DNA of 62,717 nucleotides, the filler included. It is 5 parts of 5 records of this genome, joined end to end, with 100 filler letters (N's around TTAATTAATTAA, not from the genome) between each part and the next. Parts side by side here need not be neighbours in the genome. Positions count along the whole stretch, not along the records: positions 20,580 to 32,687 come from SRR22947727_10; positions 32,788 to 43,076 come from SRR22947727_15; 3 more parts are not named here. One strand, written 5' to 3'. The notes beneath the pieces were generated by a model. It ran no database searches. It had not been told where the DNA came from and worked only from the letters and a program-made list of their open reading frames with translations. Every line of letters starts with the position of its first letter. Positions within the stretch are counted from its first letter, which is position 1. Below, in pieces: positions 29,417 through 38,959 of this stretch. The translations under genes and the position numbers were made by a program.

Positions 29417-29433
29417 TGTTCAATTATTGAACA
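29417..29433. promoter_or_regulatory. Operator-like palindrome TGTTCA-ATTAT-TGAACA upstream of the oxidoreductase
   Basis: Near-perfect 17-bp palindrome with 8-bp arms, 12 bp from the start codon at 29404. Confidence 0.72.
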
Positions 29434-29483
29434 CAATGTATATACATCGTGTGATACTTATTCAATAGGTAAATAAAAAATAA

Positions 29484-30710
29484 TTATATGATCTTTTTGA
29501 ATAATAACGGTTCTTTTGTTTGTATTGCAGCATCTACGGAAGCCACATTATGATCTCTTCCGTTACAAGACTTGCATGCTTCTAGATATTCTCTTTCAAA
29601 AGCCAAATTTCTAATTCTTTTCTTAAAGTTTTGGTGGTCTTCTGAAGCAAGTAAATCGATACTGTCTTCTGGAGCTTTGGGAATCGCGTGTAAATTTTCT
29701 GCATGGGCTGCGAAAGGACATAAATATAATTTTCCATGTAAAAGTGTTAAAGCTTCATTAACACAACAGTTACCAAAAATTTGCTTAGTTAGTTCTAGCG
29801 GTCTATCGTAATTTTCTATTTTAGCACAATCTTGCCATTTGGTTACTCTTTCCGTTATGTAATGAATTTTTTTTTCTTTCAAAGTCTTTTCTAATTTTTC
29901 AACATTTCTTGAAATTGATCCATAATTTGAAATTTTAAAATAAATCTTATCATTTTTAAATGTCTTAAGTTTTTGCTCGTTAGGAACTATCGTTCCATTT
30001 GTATATACAATTATATTTCCACAATTTTTATAAGTTAGTATCTTAGTCAACACCTCGTCAATTTTTTTATACATAAATGGTTCTCCGCCAATCAATCTAA
30101 TTTCATAAACATAATCAACAGATTTCATAAATTTATCTAATGACTCTATTAACTGATTGTAGTCTTCATCTATTGGTTTTGCATAAAATTGCATTAAGTT
30201 AGAACAATCTTTACATTTAAGAGAACATTTTTCAGTTAAGACAAGGTCTAAACTTTGTATAGATAGTTTTTTTTTATCTTGAAAAGAAATAATTGCAAAA
30301 TTATACAAATCTAATTGAACTTTACATCTATCATGAGACCACGTGGTATTAGAACCATCTAAATCAAAATTAGAAAATAAATCATCACAATAATGAATAT
30401 TTTTTATTCCGAGAGATTCTAGTTGTCTTTTAAGATATTTAAAATTTAGGGAACTTAAAAAAACATGTTTGTTGCTATATTTTTCTTTTAACTGTTCAGG
30501 CGATATAACATCGTAACCATTAAATTTTTTGTCCCAATTACTAAAATTATTATCTACAAAACAGATAGGATTAATATTTTTTTTCTTTAATGAGTGAAGG
30601 CATAGAGAACCTAAATTTCCAGTTCCAAAAATAATCGCACCTTCTTTTTTTACCTCGGCATATTCATTATCATAGGAATCTATTTTTCGAAATGGAGTAT
30701 TATAAATCAT
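29484..30710 (-). CDS. Radical SAM protein with N-terminal Rossmann-like domain
   Basis: CSLKCKDC (CxxxCxxC), IGGEPF, YTNGT; extra C-terminal Cys (NCC, CPF, CKSC); N-terminal IFGTG..G...FVDNN. Confidence 0.88.
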   Translation of the reverse strand: MIYNTPFRKIDSYDNEYAEVKKEGAIIFGTGNLGSLCLHSLKKKNINPICFVDNNFSNWDKKFNGYDVISPEQLKEKYSNKHVFLSSLNFKYLKRQLESLGIKNIHYCDDLFSNFDLDGSNTTWSHDRCKVQLDLYNFAIISFQDKKKLSIQSLDLVLTEKCSLKCKDCSNLMQFYAKPIDEDYNQLIESLDKFMKSVDYVYEIRLIGGEPFMYKKIDEVLTKILTYKNCGNIIVYTNGTIVPNEQKLKTFKNDKIYFKISNYGSISRNVEKLEKTLKEKKIHYITERVTKWQDCAKIENYDRPLELTKQIFGNCCVNEALTLLHGKLYLCPFAAHAENLHAIPKAPEDSIDLLASEDHQNFKKRIRNLAFEREYLEACKSCNGRDHNVASVDAAIQTKEPLLFKKII

Positions 30711-30711
30711 G

Positions 30712-31968
30712 TTAAAGGCTAAAACTTAATATTTGTTTATTATTTAATTTTAATTTTAATAACTTAACTTTTATATCATTTATAACTTTTTTTGAAAGGT
30801 TACAAATCATAATTAAGTTATTTTTTTTATTGCTGTTGTTTAAAATTGATATCTTTTCTACGTTTATATTCATTAATTTTCTTCCTATCCACATCGGATC
30901 GTCGTCTATGATGTTTTTCACTTGTATATCATTTTTTTTCAAAATCTTAATTATTGATTGTGCCATTATACCAGCGCAATAAATTGTAATGTTTTGCCCA
31001 TGTGTTTTTTTTAACTTTAAAAAATTTACTACTTTTTTTTCTGAGTCATTTATAATGCTTAAGATAAACTTCTTCTTGTCTGCAATATTCTTTTTAAAGT
31101 CTTTAATTTTATTAAATTTATTTTTTAGTTTAATAATTTCTTTTCTGTTTAAAAGTGTAAAATAAATTCTTATATTAGTAATCATATTGTTACTTTTAAA
31201 ATTCAAAAAATTAAGTATTTTTTTATCTTTTTTAAACTTTTTTTTATATTCTTGTAATTCCAAGAAAACCACATAATAAGCTAAAGCAGAATCAACTCCT
31301 TTTGTATATTTTAAGCTATTTAACCTACTTGAATGAAACAGGAATTTTTTTTCATTTATCGTGATATTTTTCATTAAGATAAATATTTTAAAAATAAAAC
31401 TTACATCTTCTGCAATTTTTATATTTTTAAAAACTATTTTATTATTTTGAATTAAATTATTCGAGACTACTATTCTCCAGCATTCATTTATTAATAAATT
31501 TTTTTCTAATAATTTTGCTAAAAATTGTTTTTTTGATAATTTTTTTTTACCAAACAAATTTAAATTAACAATATTGCTTTTTGGTTCTTTATTTTGAACA
31601 ATATGGTTTAATACAACGTCTGGATAATCTTTTATTTTTATTTTTTTTTGTAGGGAATTAAGACTGTTTTTTATTAAATAATCATCGCTATCTAAAAAAA
31701 TTATGTACTTACCATTTGCAGATTTAAGACCTACGTTTCGAGATACTCCAACTCCTAAATTTCTTTTATTATTAAATAACTTAATTTTAGTAGGATTTTC
31801 TGATAAAAATTTTTGACAAATTTTTTTAGATTTATCAGTAGAGCCGTCATTAATAATAAGTACTTCAAAATCTTGAAAATTTTGATTTACGATACTTGAA
31901 ATACATTTTCTAATAAATTTATCAGAGTTAAAAACTGGGATTATAATTGTAAAAAAAACTTTCTTCAT
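30712..31968 (-). CDS. Glycosyltransferase family 2 with C-terminal Rossmann-like domain
   Basis: IIIPVFN, INDGSTD, SRNVGL, FLDSDD, AED; C-terminal IYCAG..A...IIDDD. Confidence 0.88.
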   Translation of the reverse strand: MKKVFFTIIIPVFNSDKFIRKCISSIVNQNFQDFEVLIINDGSTDKSKKICQKFLSENPTKIKLFNNKRNLGVGVSRNVGLKSANGKYIIFLDSDDYLIKNSLNSLQKKIKIKDYPDVVLNHIVQNKEPKSNIVNLNLFGKKKLSKKQFLAKLLEKNLLINECWRIVVSNNLIQNNKIVFKNIKIAEDVSFIFKIFILMKNITINEKKFLFHSSRLNSLKYTKGVDSALAYYVVFLELQEYKKKFKKDKKILNFLNFKSNNMITNIRIYFTLLNRKEIIKLKNKFNKIKDFKKNIADKKKFILSIINDSEKKVVNFLKLKKTHGQNITIYCAGIMAQSIIKILKKNDIQVKNIIDDDPMWIGRKLMNINVEKISILNNSNKKNNLIMICNLSKKVINDIKVKLLKLKLNNKQILSFSL

Positions 31969-31981
31969 TGAAGAAATAATA

Positions 31982-32687
31982 TTAAAATTTTATTTTTGTA
32001 ATTGATTCCTGGCTTAATAGATGAGCCCCTCCATCAATTGGCACGGATAATCCAGTTATAAAATTAGATTTATCATTTGTTAAAAAATCTACTAGATTTG
32101 CAACGTCTTCTGCAGTTCCCATTCTTCCTAACGGAGTAATTTTTTCCATCATTTTTCTTACTTTGTTATTTTTTTTCAAAAAGAAATTTTTATTTTCAGG
32201 CTTTATTATTTTTGTCACCAAAATAGAATTTACTCGCGTTCCATTTTTTCCTAATTTTATCGCTGCATATTTAGTTAATTGCTCTAGGCCCCCTCTTATT
32301 ACATGATATCTTTGAGGTTGATCATCAACTATAGTTTTAATAGCGATTGAATTTATTATTATTATTGAAGAGTTTTTTGAAAGATTTTTTTTCATTAAAT
32401 CTATTATTTGTTCAACACTGTGTAAAGAAATTTGATAATCTTCATCTTTGCTGTTACCTCTATATCTATGGCTAAAAATTAAATTATCTACATTTTTATC
32501 ACTAAAATCTTTTGTAAAAGTTTTTTTAATTTGTTCTTCATTTAGCAGATTTAATCTAAAGTTTTTTAATTTATTGTTTCCATTTCTGGAATAAGTAAAA
32601 ATATTATCCCCTCTTAATTTCAGTTTTTTTGTTATAACGCTTCCTATACCTTTTGTTCCACCTATGATTATAGTAGTTTTTTTTTTC
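31982..32687 (-). CDS. SDR family oxidoreductase; ORF extends to the contig edge (start codon clipped)
   Basis: Frame open from 32686: KKKTTIIIGGTKGIG...; C-terminal TPLGRMG, FITG..VPIDGG. Confidence 0.85.
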
Positions 32688-32787
32688 NNNNNNNNNNNNN
32701 NNNNNNNNNNNNNNNNNNNNNNNNNNNNNNNTTAATTAATTAANNNNNNNNNNNNNNNNNNNNNNNNNNNNNNNNNNNNNNNNNNNN
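32688..32787. other. Artificial contig spacer
   Basis: N-run + TTAATTAATTAA + N-run. Confidence 0.98.
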
Positions 32788-32845
32788 AAAAAAAAATTAA
32801 AACATTTAGGCCAAATAAAAAAACAATCAAAGTAAGCCACTTAAT

Positions 32846-34012
32846 ATGATAATTGAAAAATTAATTGAATTAAAAAAAAAATTGAATTTAAAAAAACTAG
32901 ATTTACACACACCTTTTTTTTCTAAAAATGATTTTTTATATTTAAAGAAATGTATTGATAGTAATAATGTTTCAACACAAACTGGCTGGTTTATAAAAAA
33001 ATTTAGATCTAAAATTTTAAATATAACTAAGTCAAAGTATATAATTTTGGTTAATTCAGGTAGTAGCGCAATTTATTTGGGATTAAGATCAATCGATATT
33101 AAAAAAAATGATGAAGTTTTAATGCCAACATTAAATTACATAGCTAATGCTAATGCGGTAAAATCCCTAAATGCAATTCCTCATTTTATAGACAGTGAAC
33201 CTGCTAGTCTAGGTATAGATATTAAAAAACTTGAAATATATCTTAACAAAAACTTTAAAATTTATAAAAAAAAAACAATTAATATTAGATCAAAAAACGT
33301 TGTTAGCTGTCTTATAGCCACACATATATTTGGTGTTTCCTGCAATATGAATAAATTATCTAAACTCTGTCGTAAATACAATATTAAATTACTTGAAGAT
33401 GCGTCTGAAGCACTAGGTAGCAAATATAATGGAAAGCATTTAGGAACTTATGGTGATGTTGGGATTTTAAGTTTTAATGGAAATAAAATTATAACTTCAG
33501 GTGCTGGGGGAGCATTAATGACGGACAGTCTGAAAATTTCTAAAAAAGCCGATCACCTTTCACAAAATGCTAAGGTATTACATAAATGGAAATATAAATA
33601 TAATGATCTTGGATATAACATTAAAATGCCAAATCTAAATGCTGCTTTAGGGTTAGCACAAATTGAAAAGTTAAAAAAATATATAAAAAGCAAAGGTAAA
33701 TTATTCAAATTGTATAACAAGATGTTTTTAAAAAATGAAACATTTGCACTTTTTCATCCTCCTAAAAAATTATCTTGGAACTATTGGCTAATAACAATTT
33801 TGTTAAAATCGGAAAATATTAAGTTGAGAGATAAAATAATTTCGAAACTTAATAAAAAAGGAATTAATGCAAGGCCAATTTGGCAGCTAAATCATAAAAT
33901 TAATATATATAAAAACTGTCCAAAAATGAATTTATCTAATGCCGAAAAACTTGAGAAGAAAATAATTAATTTGCCCAGTAGTGCGCATTTATTATTAAAT
34001 GAAAAAAAATAA
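32846..34012 (+). CDS. legC: LegC family aminotransferase (DegT/DnrJ)
   Basis: LHTPFF, EDASEALGS, SFNGNKIITSGAGGA, GYNIKMPNLNAALG, RPIW, NLPSS. Confidence 0.82.
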   Translation: MIIEKLIELKKKLNLKKLDLHTPFFSKNDFLYLKKCIDSNNVSTQTGWFIKKFRSKILNITKSKYIILVNSGSSAIYLGLRSIDIKKNDEVLMPTLNYIANANAVKSLNAIPHFIDSEPASLGIDIKKLEIYLNKNFKIYKKKTINIRSKNVVSCLIATHIFGVSCNMNKLSKLCRKYNIKLLEDASEALGSKYNGKHLGTYGDVGILSFNGNKIITSGAGGALMTDSLKISKKADHLSQNAKVLHKWKYKYNDLGYNIKMPNLNAALGLAQIEKLKKYIKSKGKLFKLYNKMFLKNETFALFHPPKKLSWNYWLITILLKSENIKLRDKIISKLNKKGINARPIWQLNHKINIYKNCPKMNLSNAEKLEKKIINLPSSAHLLLNEKK

Positions 34013-34604
34013 CTTAAAAAAAATTTGTATTATAGGATCAGGTGGCCATGCAACATCTTGTGTAGATTTGATAGAAAGCACAAAAAAATTTGAAATTATA
34101 GGAATAATTTCAAAAAAAAAAGATAAAAAAAATGGTAACAAATTTCTAAATAAATATCAAATCATAGACAGTAACAATGATTATAAAAAAATATTTAAAG
34201 TTTGCAAAAATATAGTTATTGGTATCAGTTTTTATAAAGATTTGTCCTTAAGAAATAAAATGTTTGAAGATCTTAAAAAAATCGGTTTTAATTTACCAGT
34301 TATTTGTTCTCCAAAATCATATATTTCTCTTGGGGTAAAAATTGATGAAGGTACACAAATTTTTCATGGTGTTACAATAAATAAAAATGTTAATATAGGT
34401 AAAAACTGTATCATAAATTCACATGCATTAATTGAGCATGATGTTCTTATTAATCAAAACTCACAAATATCAACTGGAGCAATAATTAATGGAGGATGTA
34501 TTATAAAAGAAAATTCATTTATTGGGTCGGGTAGTATTATAAGAGAAAATATAATTATTAAGAAAAAATCCTTTATTAAAATGGGAACTATTATAAAAAA
34601 ATGA
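33999..34604 (+). CDS. NeuD/PglD-type sugar acetyltransferase (hexapeptide repeat)
   Basis: IGSGGHA, IGKNCIINSHALIEHD, ISTGAIING. Confidence 0.85.
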   Translation: MKKNNLKKICIIGSGGHATSCVDLIESTKKFEIIGIISKKKDKKNGNKFLNKYQIIDSNNDYKKIFKVCKNIVIGISFYKDLSLRNKMFEDLKKIGFNLPVICSPKSYISLGVKIDEGTQIFHGVTINKNVNIGKNCIINSHALIEHDVLINQNSQISTGAIINGGCIIKENSFIGSGSIIRENIIIKKKSFIKMGTIIKK

Positions 34605-35602
34605 AAGTTAATATAATTGCTGAAGCTGGTGTTAATCATAATGGTAGTGTAGTTAAAGCAAAAAAATTATCTTTAGAAGCAAAAAAAATTGGAGCTGATT
34701 ATGTTAAGTTTCAGATTTTTAATCCAGACGAGATAGCCTTAAATAATTTAAAAAAAACACCATACCAAAAAAAAAATACTAATAATGATTCCGATAATCA
34801 ATATGATATGCTTAAACAATTGTCTCTATCACATGAAGATTTTGATAAATTAATAAAATATTGTAAAAAAATTAATATTAAATTTCTAGCATCAGTTTTT
34901 GATATCAGCAGTCTTCGCTATTTAAAAAATAAATCTAAAATTATAAAAATTGGTTCTTCTGAAATATCAAATTTTTTTTTATTAAAAGAAGTAGCAAAAT
35001 TGGATAAAAAGTTAATAATTTCAACTGGTATGTGCGATTTTACTTTAATTAAAAGAGCATTGAATATCTTGTATAAGAATGGTCAGCAAAAAAAAAACAT
35101 TACATTATTACATTGTAATTCTGCTTATCCAACACCTCTATCAGATGCCAATATTTTAACTATGTCTAAGTTAAAGAATAATTTTAAGGTTTCGGTTGGT
35201 TATTCTGACCATACACTTGGAAAAGAAACAGTTTATGCAGCAGTAGCGCTGGGTGCTGAGGTAATTGAAAAGCATTTTACATTAAATAAAAATCTGAAGG
35301 GACCAGATCACAAGATTAGTTTAGATTTAAAAGAATTTAAGGAAATGGTTAATGGAATTAGAAATATTACAAATACACTTAATGTAAAAAAAGGTAAACT
35401 TACGAAAAGTGAAAAAGAAAATGCTAATTTAGTTAAAAAATTTTTAGTAGCTAAAAATAATATAAAAAAAGGTGAAAAATTTTCTATAGAAAATCTTACA
35501 GCAAAAAGAACTGGAGGAGGAATAGAGAGCATGAAAATAGGCTCTATACTAAATAAAAGGTCAAAAAAATTTTTTTTAAAAAATGAGATAATTAAAATTT
35601 AA
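34601..35602 (+). CDS. neuB: Nonulosonate synthase (NeuB/LegI)
   Basis: IIAEAGVNHNG, VKFQ, LHCNSAYPT, GYSDHTLG, IEKHFTL, GPDHKIS. Confidence 0.9.
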   Translation: MKVNIIAEAGVNHNGSVVKAKKLSLEAKKIGADYVKFQIFNPDEIALNNLKKTPYQKKNTNNDSDNQYDMLKQLSLSHEDFDKLIKYCKKINIKFLASVFDISSLRYLKNKSKIIKIGSSEISNFFLLKEVAKLDKKLIISTGMCDFTLIKRALNILYKNGQQKKNITLLHCNSAYPTPLSDANILTMSKLKNNFKVSVGYSDHTLGKETVYAAVALGAEVIEKHFTLNKNLKGPDHKISLDLKEFKEMVNGIRNITNTLNVKKGKLTKSEKENANLVKKFLVAKNNIKKGEKFSIENLTAKRTGGGIESMKIGSILNKRSKKFFLKNEIIKI

Positions 35603-36693
35603 TGAAAAAAAAATTATTTTTTCTCTCCGGAAGCAGAGCTGACTTTAATTTAATTTTTCCAATTTATAGATTTGTTAATAATAATCAAAAATTTGAAACA
35701 AGGTTGATTGTTACTGGCAGTAATCTTGATAAAAAATATTCAAATAATAAAAGAATATTATTTGATAAATCAATCTTTAAAATTAAAGTTAACTTAGAGT
35801 CTTCAAATAGTAAAAATTTTTCTAAAATTATTAGTAGTTACTTTTATAAATTTTATAATTTTTTATATATTCAAAAACCAGATTTGGTCATAATTTTAGG
35901 AGATAGATATGAGGTGCTAGCTTTTGCAATTTGTGCCAAATTTTTAAATTGTAAAATTATTCATCTACATGGAGGAGAAACTACAAAGGGATCATTAGAT
36001 GACATATGGAGAGATATGATTACAAAAGTCTCTGATTATCATTTTACTTCACTCGATATATATAAAAAAAAAGTTATTAAAATTTGTGGAAAGCCCAATA
36101 CAGTTTTTAATTTTGGATCAATAGGTGCATATAATATTAAGAGTTTAAAAAACTTCAAAGTATTTAAAAATGAAAAGTTCAAAAAAAAAATACTAGTTTC
36201 TTATCATTCCTCAACCATGTGCGTCTCCAAGTCAAGAAAAGATTTTTTAGAATTATTAAAGGCACTTTCAAAATTTAAAGAACATTTAATTTTATTTACA
36301 TATCCAGGACATGATGTGGATTCTGATTTTATAATTGATAATATGAGAAGATTTAAAAAATTAAATAAAAATTCTATTTTGATTAAAAAAGCTACAGAAT
36401 TTAATTATGTTGAATTATTGAATAACTTTGATATCTTAGTTGGAAACTCATCATCAGGAATAATTGAAGCACCTAGTGCAAATATACCAACAATTAATAT
36501 TGGAGATAGGCAAAAGGGAAGAGTTTCTGGCCCGAGCGTTTATAATGTAAAAGGACATAATAAAGATATATATAAAATGATAATTAAAGTTTTAAATAAT
36601 AAAAAAGTAGTTTTTAAAAACCCATACCATAAAAAAAATACATTAAGTAAAATGTATGATAAGATATTGTATATTTGCAACCTAAATTCCTAA
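35602..36693 (+). CDS. neuC: Hydrolysing 2-epimerase (NeuC/LegG)
   Basis: GSRAD, LGDRYE, HLHGGETT.GSLD, GNSSSGIIEAP, GDRQKGR. Confidence 0.88.
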   Translation: MKKKLFFLSGSRADFNLIFPIYRFVNNNQKFETRLIVTGSNLDKKYSNNKRILFDKSIFKIKVNLESSNSKNFSKIISSYFYKFYNFLYIQKPDLVIILGDRYEVLAFAICAKFLNCKIIHLHGGETTKGSLDDIWRDMITKVSDYHFTSLDIYKKKVIKICGKPNTVFNFGSIGAYNIKSLKNFKVFKNEKFKKKILVSYHSSTMCVSKSRKDFLELLKALSKFKEHLILFTYPGHDVDSDFIIDNMRRFKKLNKNSILIKKATEFNYVELLNNFDILVGNSSSGIIEAPSANIPTINIGDRQKGRVSGPSVYNVKGHNKDIYKMIIKVLNNKKVVFKNPYHKKNTLSKMYDKILYICNLNS

Positions 36694-36705
36694 AGATCTC
36701 TAATT

Positions 36706-37758
36706 ATGAATTATTTTAAAAAAAAAGATCTTAAAATATGCACTTTAAATATTAACTCAACAATAAAAGATGTCATTACCAACCTAAATAATTCTGGCAT
36801 GCAAATTTCTATTATAAATTCAAAAAGTGGAAAACTTATTGGCGTTATAAATGATGGTGATATTAGACGTGGTTTACTTAGGGGATTAGATTTAAGAAGT
36901 AAAATAAACTCTTTGATTAAAAAAAATCCTTTTGTTGTTGAAAAAAATACACCTATTAAAACTGTAGAATACCTAATGAAAACAAAGAGTTTGTTGCATT
37001 TGCCAGTACTTAATAAGAACCTTGTAACAATAGGCTTGCATACATGGAATGACTATCAAACAAATGAAAAAATTCCCAATCCGGTTATTATTATGGCTGG
37101 TGGATTTGGAAAAAGACTAAAACCATATACGAACAATTGCCCTAAGCCAATGTTAGAGGTTGGTGGTAAGCCAATATTGGAACACATTGTTAATAATTTG
37201 AAGTCTCAGGGATTTAGAAAAGTATTAATTTCAGTAAATTATCTTTCAGAAAATATTATAAATTATTTTAAAACAGGAAAAAATTTTGGAGTTTCCATAG
37301 AATATATAAAAGAAAAAAAGCCTCTGGGCACATTTGGGTCATTGGGACTTTTAAAAGACATATATAAAAAACCAGTATTTGTAGTTAATGGAGATACATT
37401 AACCAATATTAATTTAAAAGAAATGCTGAATTTTCATTTAAAAAATAAGTCTCACGCAACCATGGCTGTAAAGGTTAGGATTAATTCAAACCCATATGGA
37501 GTTGTTACGTCAAAAGGTTTATTAGTTGAAAACTTTAAAGAAAAGCCTGTTGATAAAATTTATATAAATGCAGGTGTTTATGTAATCTCAAATACAGTCA
37601 TAGGTATGATTAAAAGGAATTCAAAAATTGATGCTCCAAAATTTTTAATGCAACTAAAAAAAAAGAAGAAGAAAGTAATTATTTTCCCAGCCCATGAGAA
37701 ATGGAATGAGATTGGTACTGTAGAAAATTATCATAATATAATTAGTAAGAATCAATGA
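36706..37758 (+). CDS. CBS-domain sugar-phosphate nucleotidyltransferase (PtmE-like)
   Basis: DGDIRRGLL, MAGGFGKRLKPYT..PKPML, PLGTFG, NGD, PYGVV, EKP, INAGVY. Confidence 0.88.
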   Translation: MNYFKKKDLKICTLNINSTIKDVITNLNNSGMQISIINSKSGKLIGVINDGDIRRGLLRGLDLRSKINSLIKKNPFVVEKNTPIKTVEYLMKTKSLLHLPVLNKNLVTIGLHTWNDYQTNEKIPNPVIIMAGGFGKRLKPYTNNCPKPMLEVGGKPILEHIVNNLKSQGFRKVLISVNYLSENIINYFKTGKNFGVSIEYIKEKKPLGTFGSLGLLKDIYKKPVFVVNGDTLTNINLKEMLNFHLKNKSHATMAVKVRINSNPYGVVTSKGLLVENFKEKPVDKIYINAGVYVISNTVIGMIKRNSKIDAPKFLMQLKKKKKKVIIFPAHEKWNEIGTVENYHNIISKNQ

Positions 37759-37940
37759 ATAATTTAATAATAATACCTGCAAGAAAAAACTCTTTAAGAC
37801 TAAAAAATAAGAATATATTAAAATAGAAAATAAAACTTTAATCGAACACTCAATTATGTTTGCAAAAAAATTTTATCAAATAAGAATATCCTAGTATCAA
37901 CAGACTCAAAAACAATAAGAAATATATCATTAAAGAAAAA
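37755..37940 (+). pseudogene. Frameshifted, truncated acylneuraminate cytidylyltransferase (NeuA/LegF) remnant
   Basis: MNNLIIIPARKNSLRLKNKNILK*, shifted frame IENKTLIEHSIMFAKK, another shift NKNILVSTDSKTIRNISLK, then AT-rich decay. Confidence 0.82.
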
Positions 37941-38017
37941 AATAAAAAAATTTGTTACTAAAATTTAAAAATAACTTTTACTATTTTGTATTTTGTAAAA
38001 TTTAATTTTAATTAAGA

Positions 38018-38953
38018 CTATTGAGGAAAATCATTTGTGTCTAATCTATTCAATTCTAGTACTTTATATTTATACAAGTTAGCCATACCAACCTTTGTTG
38101 TTAAGCCAATAGAGCATTTATTTTGCCTCAAAATTTTTAAGGTATCTTTATTAAAAGATCCATATGGATAACACATTATCCATTTATTAAGATTTGTACC
38201 TACATTTTTAAGAAATTTAAGTGACATTTTAATATCCTTTAATTGCTCTGCTTTACTTTCCTTGCCTAACCAGACATGTTTGTATCCATGACTACCAACA
38301 TACATTCCATTTTTAATTAATTTTTTTATGTCTGATACAGACATATATAATTCTTTTGCAAATTCTTTTGTACTCTTGCCAACATATTTTTTAAAAAGAT
38401 AAGAAACTATTTTGCCTCTATCATTTTTAGATATAGCGTGCTGTAACATATTTTTAACATATCTAATATCTTTAGAATCATATCTGTTTGGCATTGCCCA
38501 TTTTTTTTTTAATAAATCTAAATCAGATTTTCTAAAATTAATTTTAGAACATAATTGATCAACATCTTTTACTAATTTTTTATAGTTTTTTGTACTAGCA
38601 AGGATAAATTGAATTGCATGCACATCAAGTAATTCTTTTTTTTCTATTGCACAAGCTGGCGGAAAAAACGATCCTTGCAATTTTCTCGATTTAAGTTCGG
38701 GCATTACATATTTGATGTGATCTTTAAATCCATCATCAAAAGTTAAATAGCAAGGATTTTTTGGTAATCTTTCTTTGCCCAGGCTGTTTGCTATTAGCTG
38801 TTCTGCTGTTATGAATTCATATTTTTTTGATAAAAAATCTAGCTGTTTTTTAAAAGAATTTAATTCTAAGCCCTTAACTCTAGGATATTTTGATTTTTTA
38901 ATTGGCCTTACATAATGATACATAATGATAGTTATTGAGTTTTTAGAATTCAT
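38018..38953 (-). CDS. Polysaccharide deacetylase (CE4/NodB-like)
   Basis: MYHYVR, LTFDDG, GSHGYKH, CYPYG, RLDTND. Confidence 0.88.
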   Translation of the reverse strand: MNSKNSITIIMYHYVRPIKKSKYPRVKGLELNSFKKQLDFLSKKYEFITAEQLIANSLGKERLPKNPCYLTFDDGFKDHIKYVMPELKSRKLQGSFFPPACAIEKKELLDVHAIQFILASTKNYKKLVKDVDQLCSKINFRKSDLDLLKKKWAMPNRYDSKDIRYVKNMLQHAISKNDRGKIVSYLFKKYVGKSTKEFAKELYMSVSDIKKLIKNGMYVGSHGYKHVWLGKESKAEQLKDIKMSLKFLKNVGTNLNKWIMCYPYGSFNKDTLKILRQNKCSIGLTTKVGMANLYKYKVLELNRLDTNDFPQ

Positions 38954-38959
38954 AACTTT

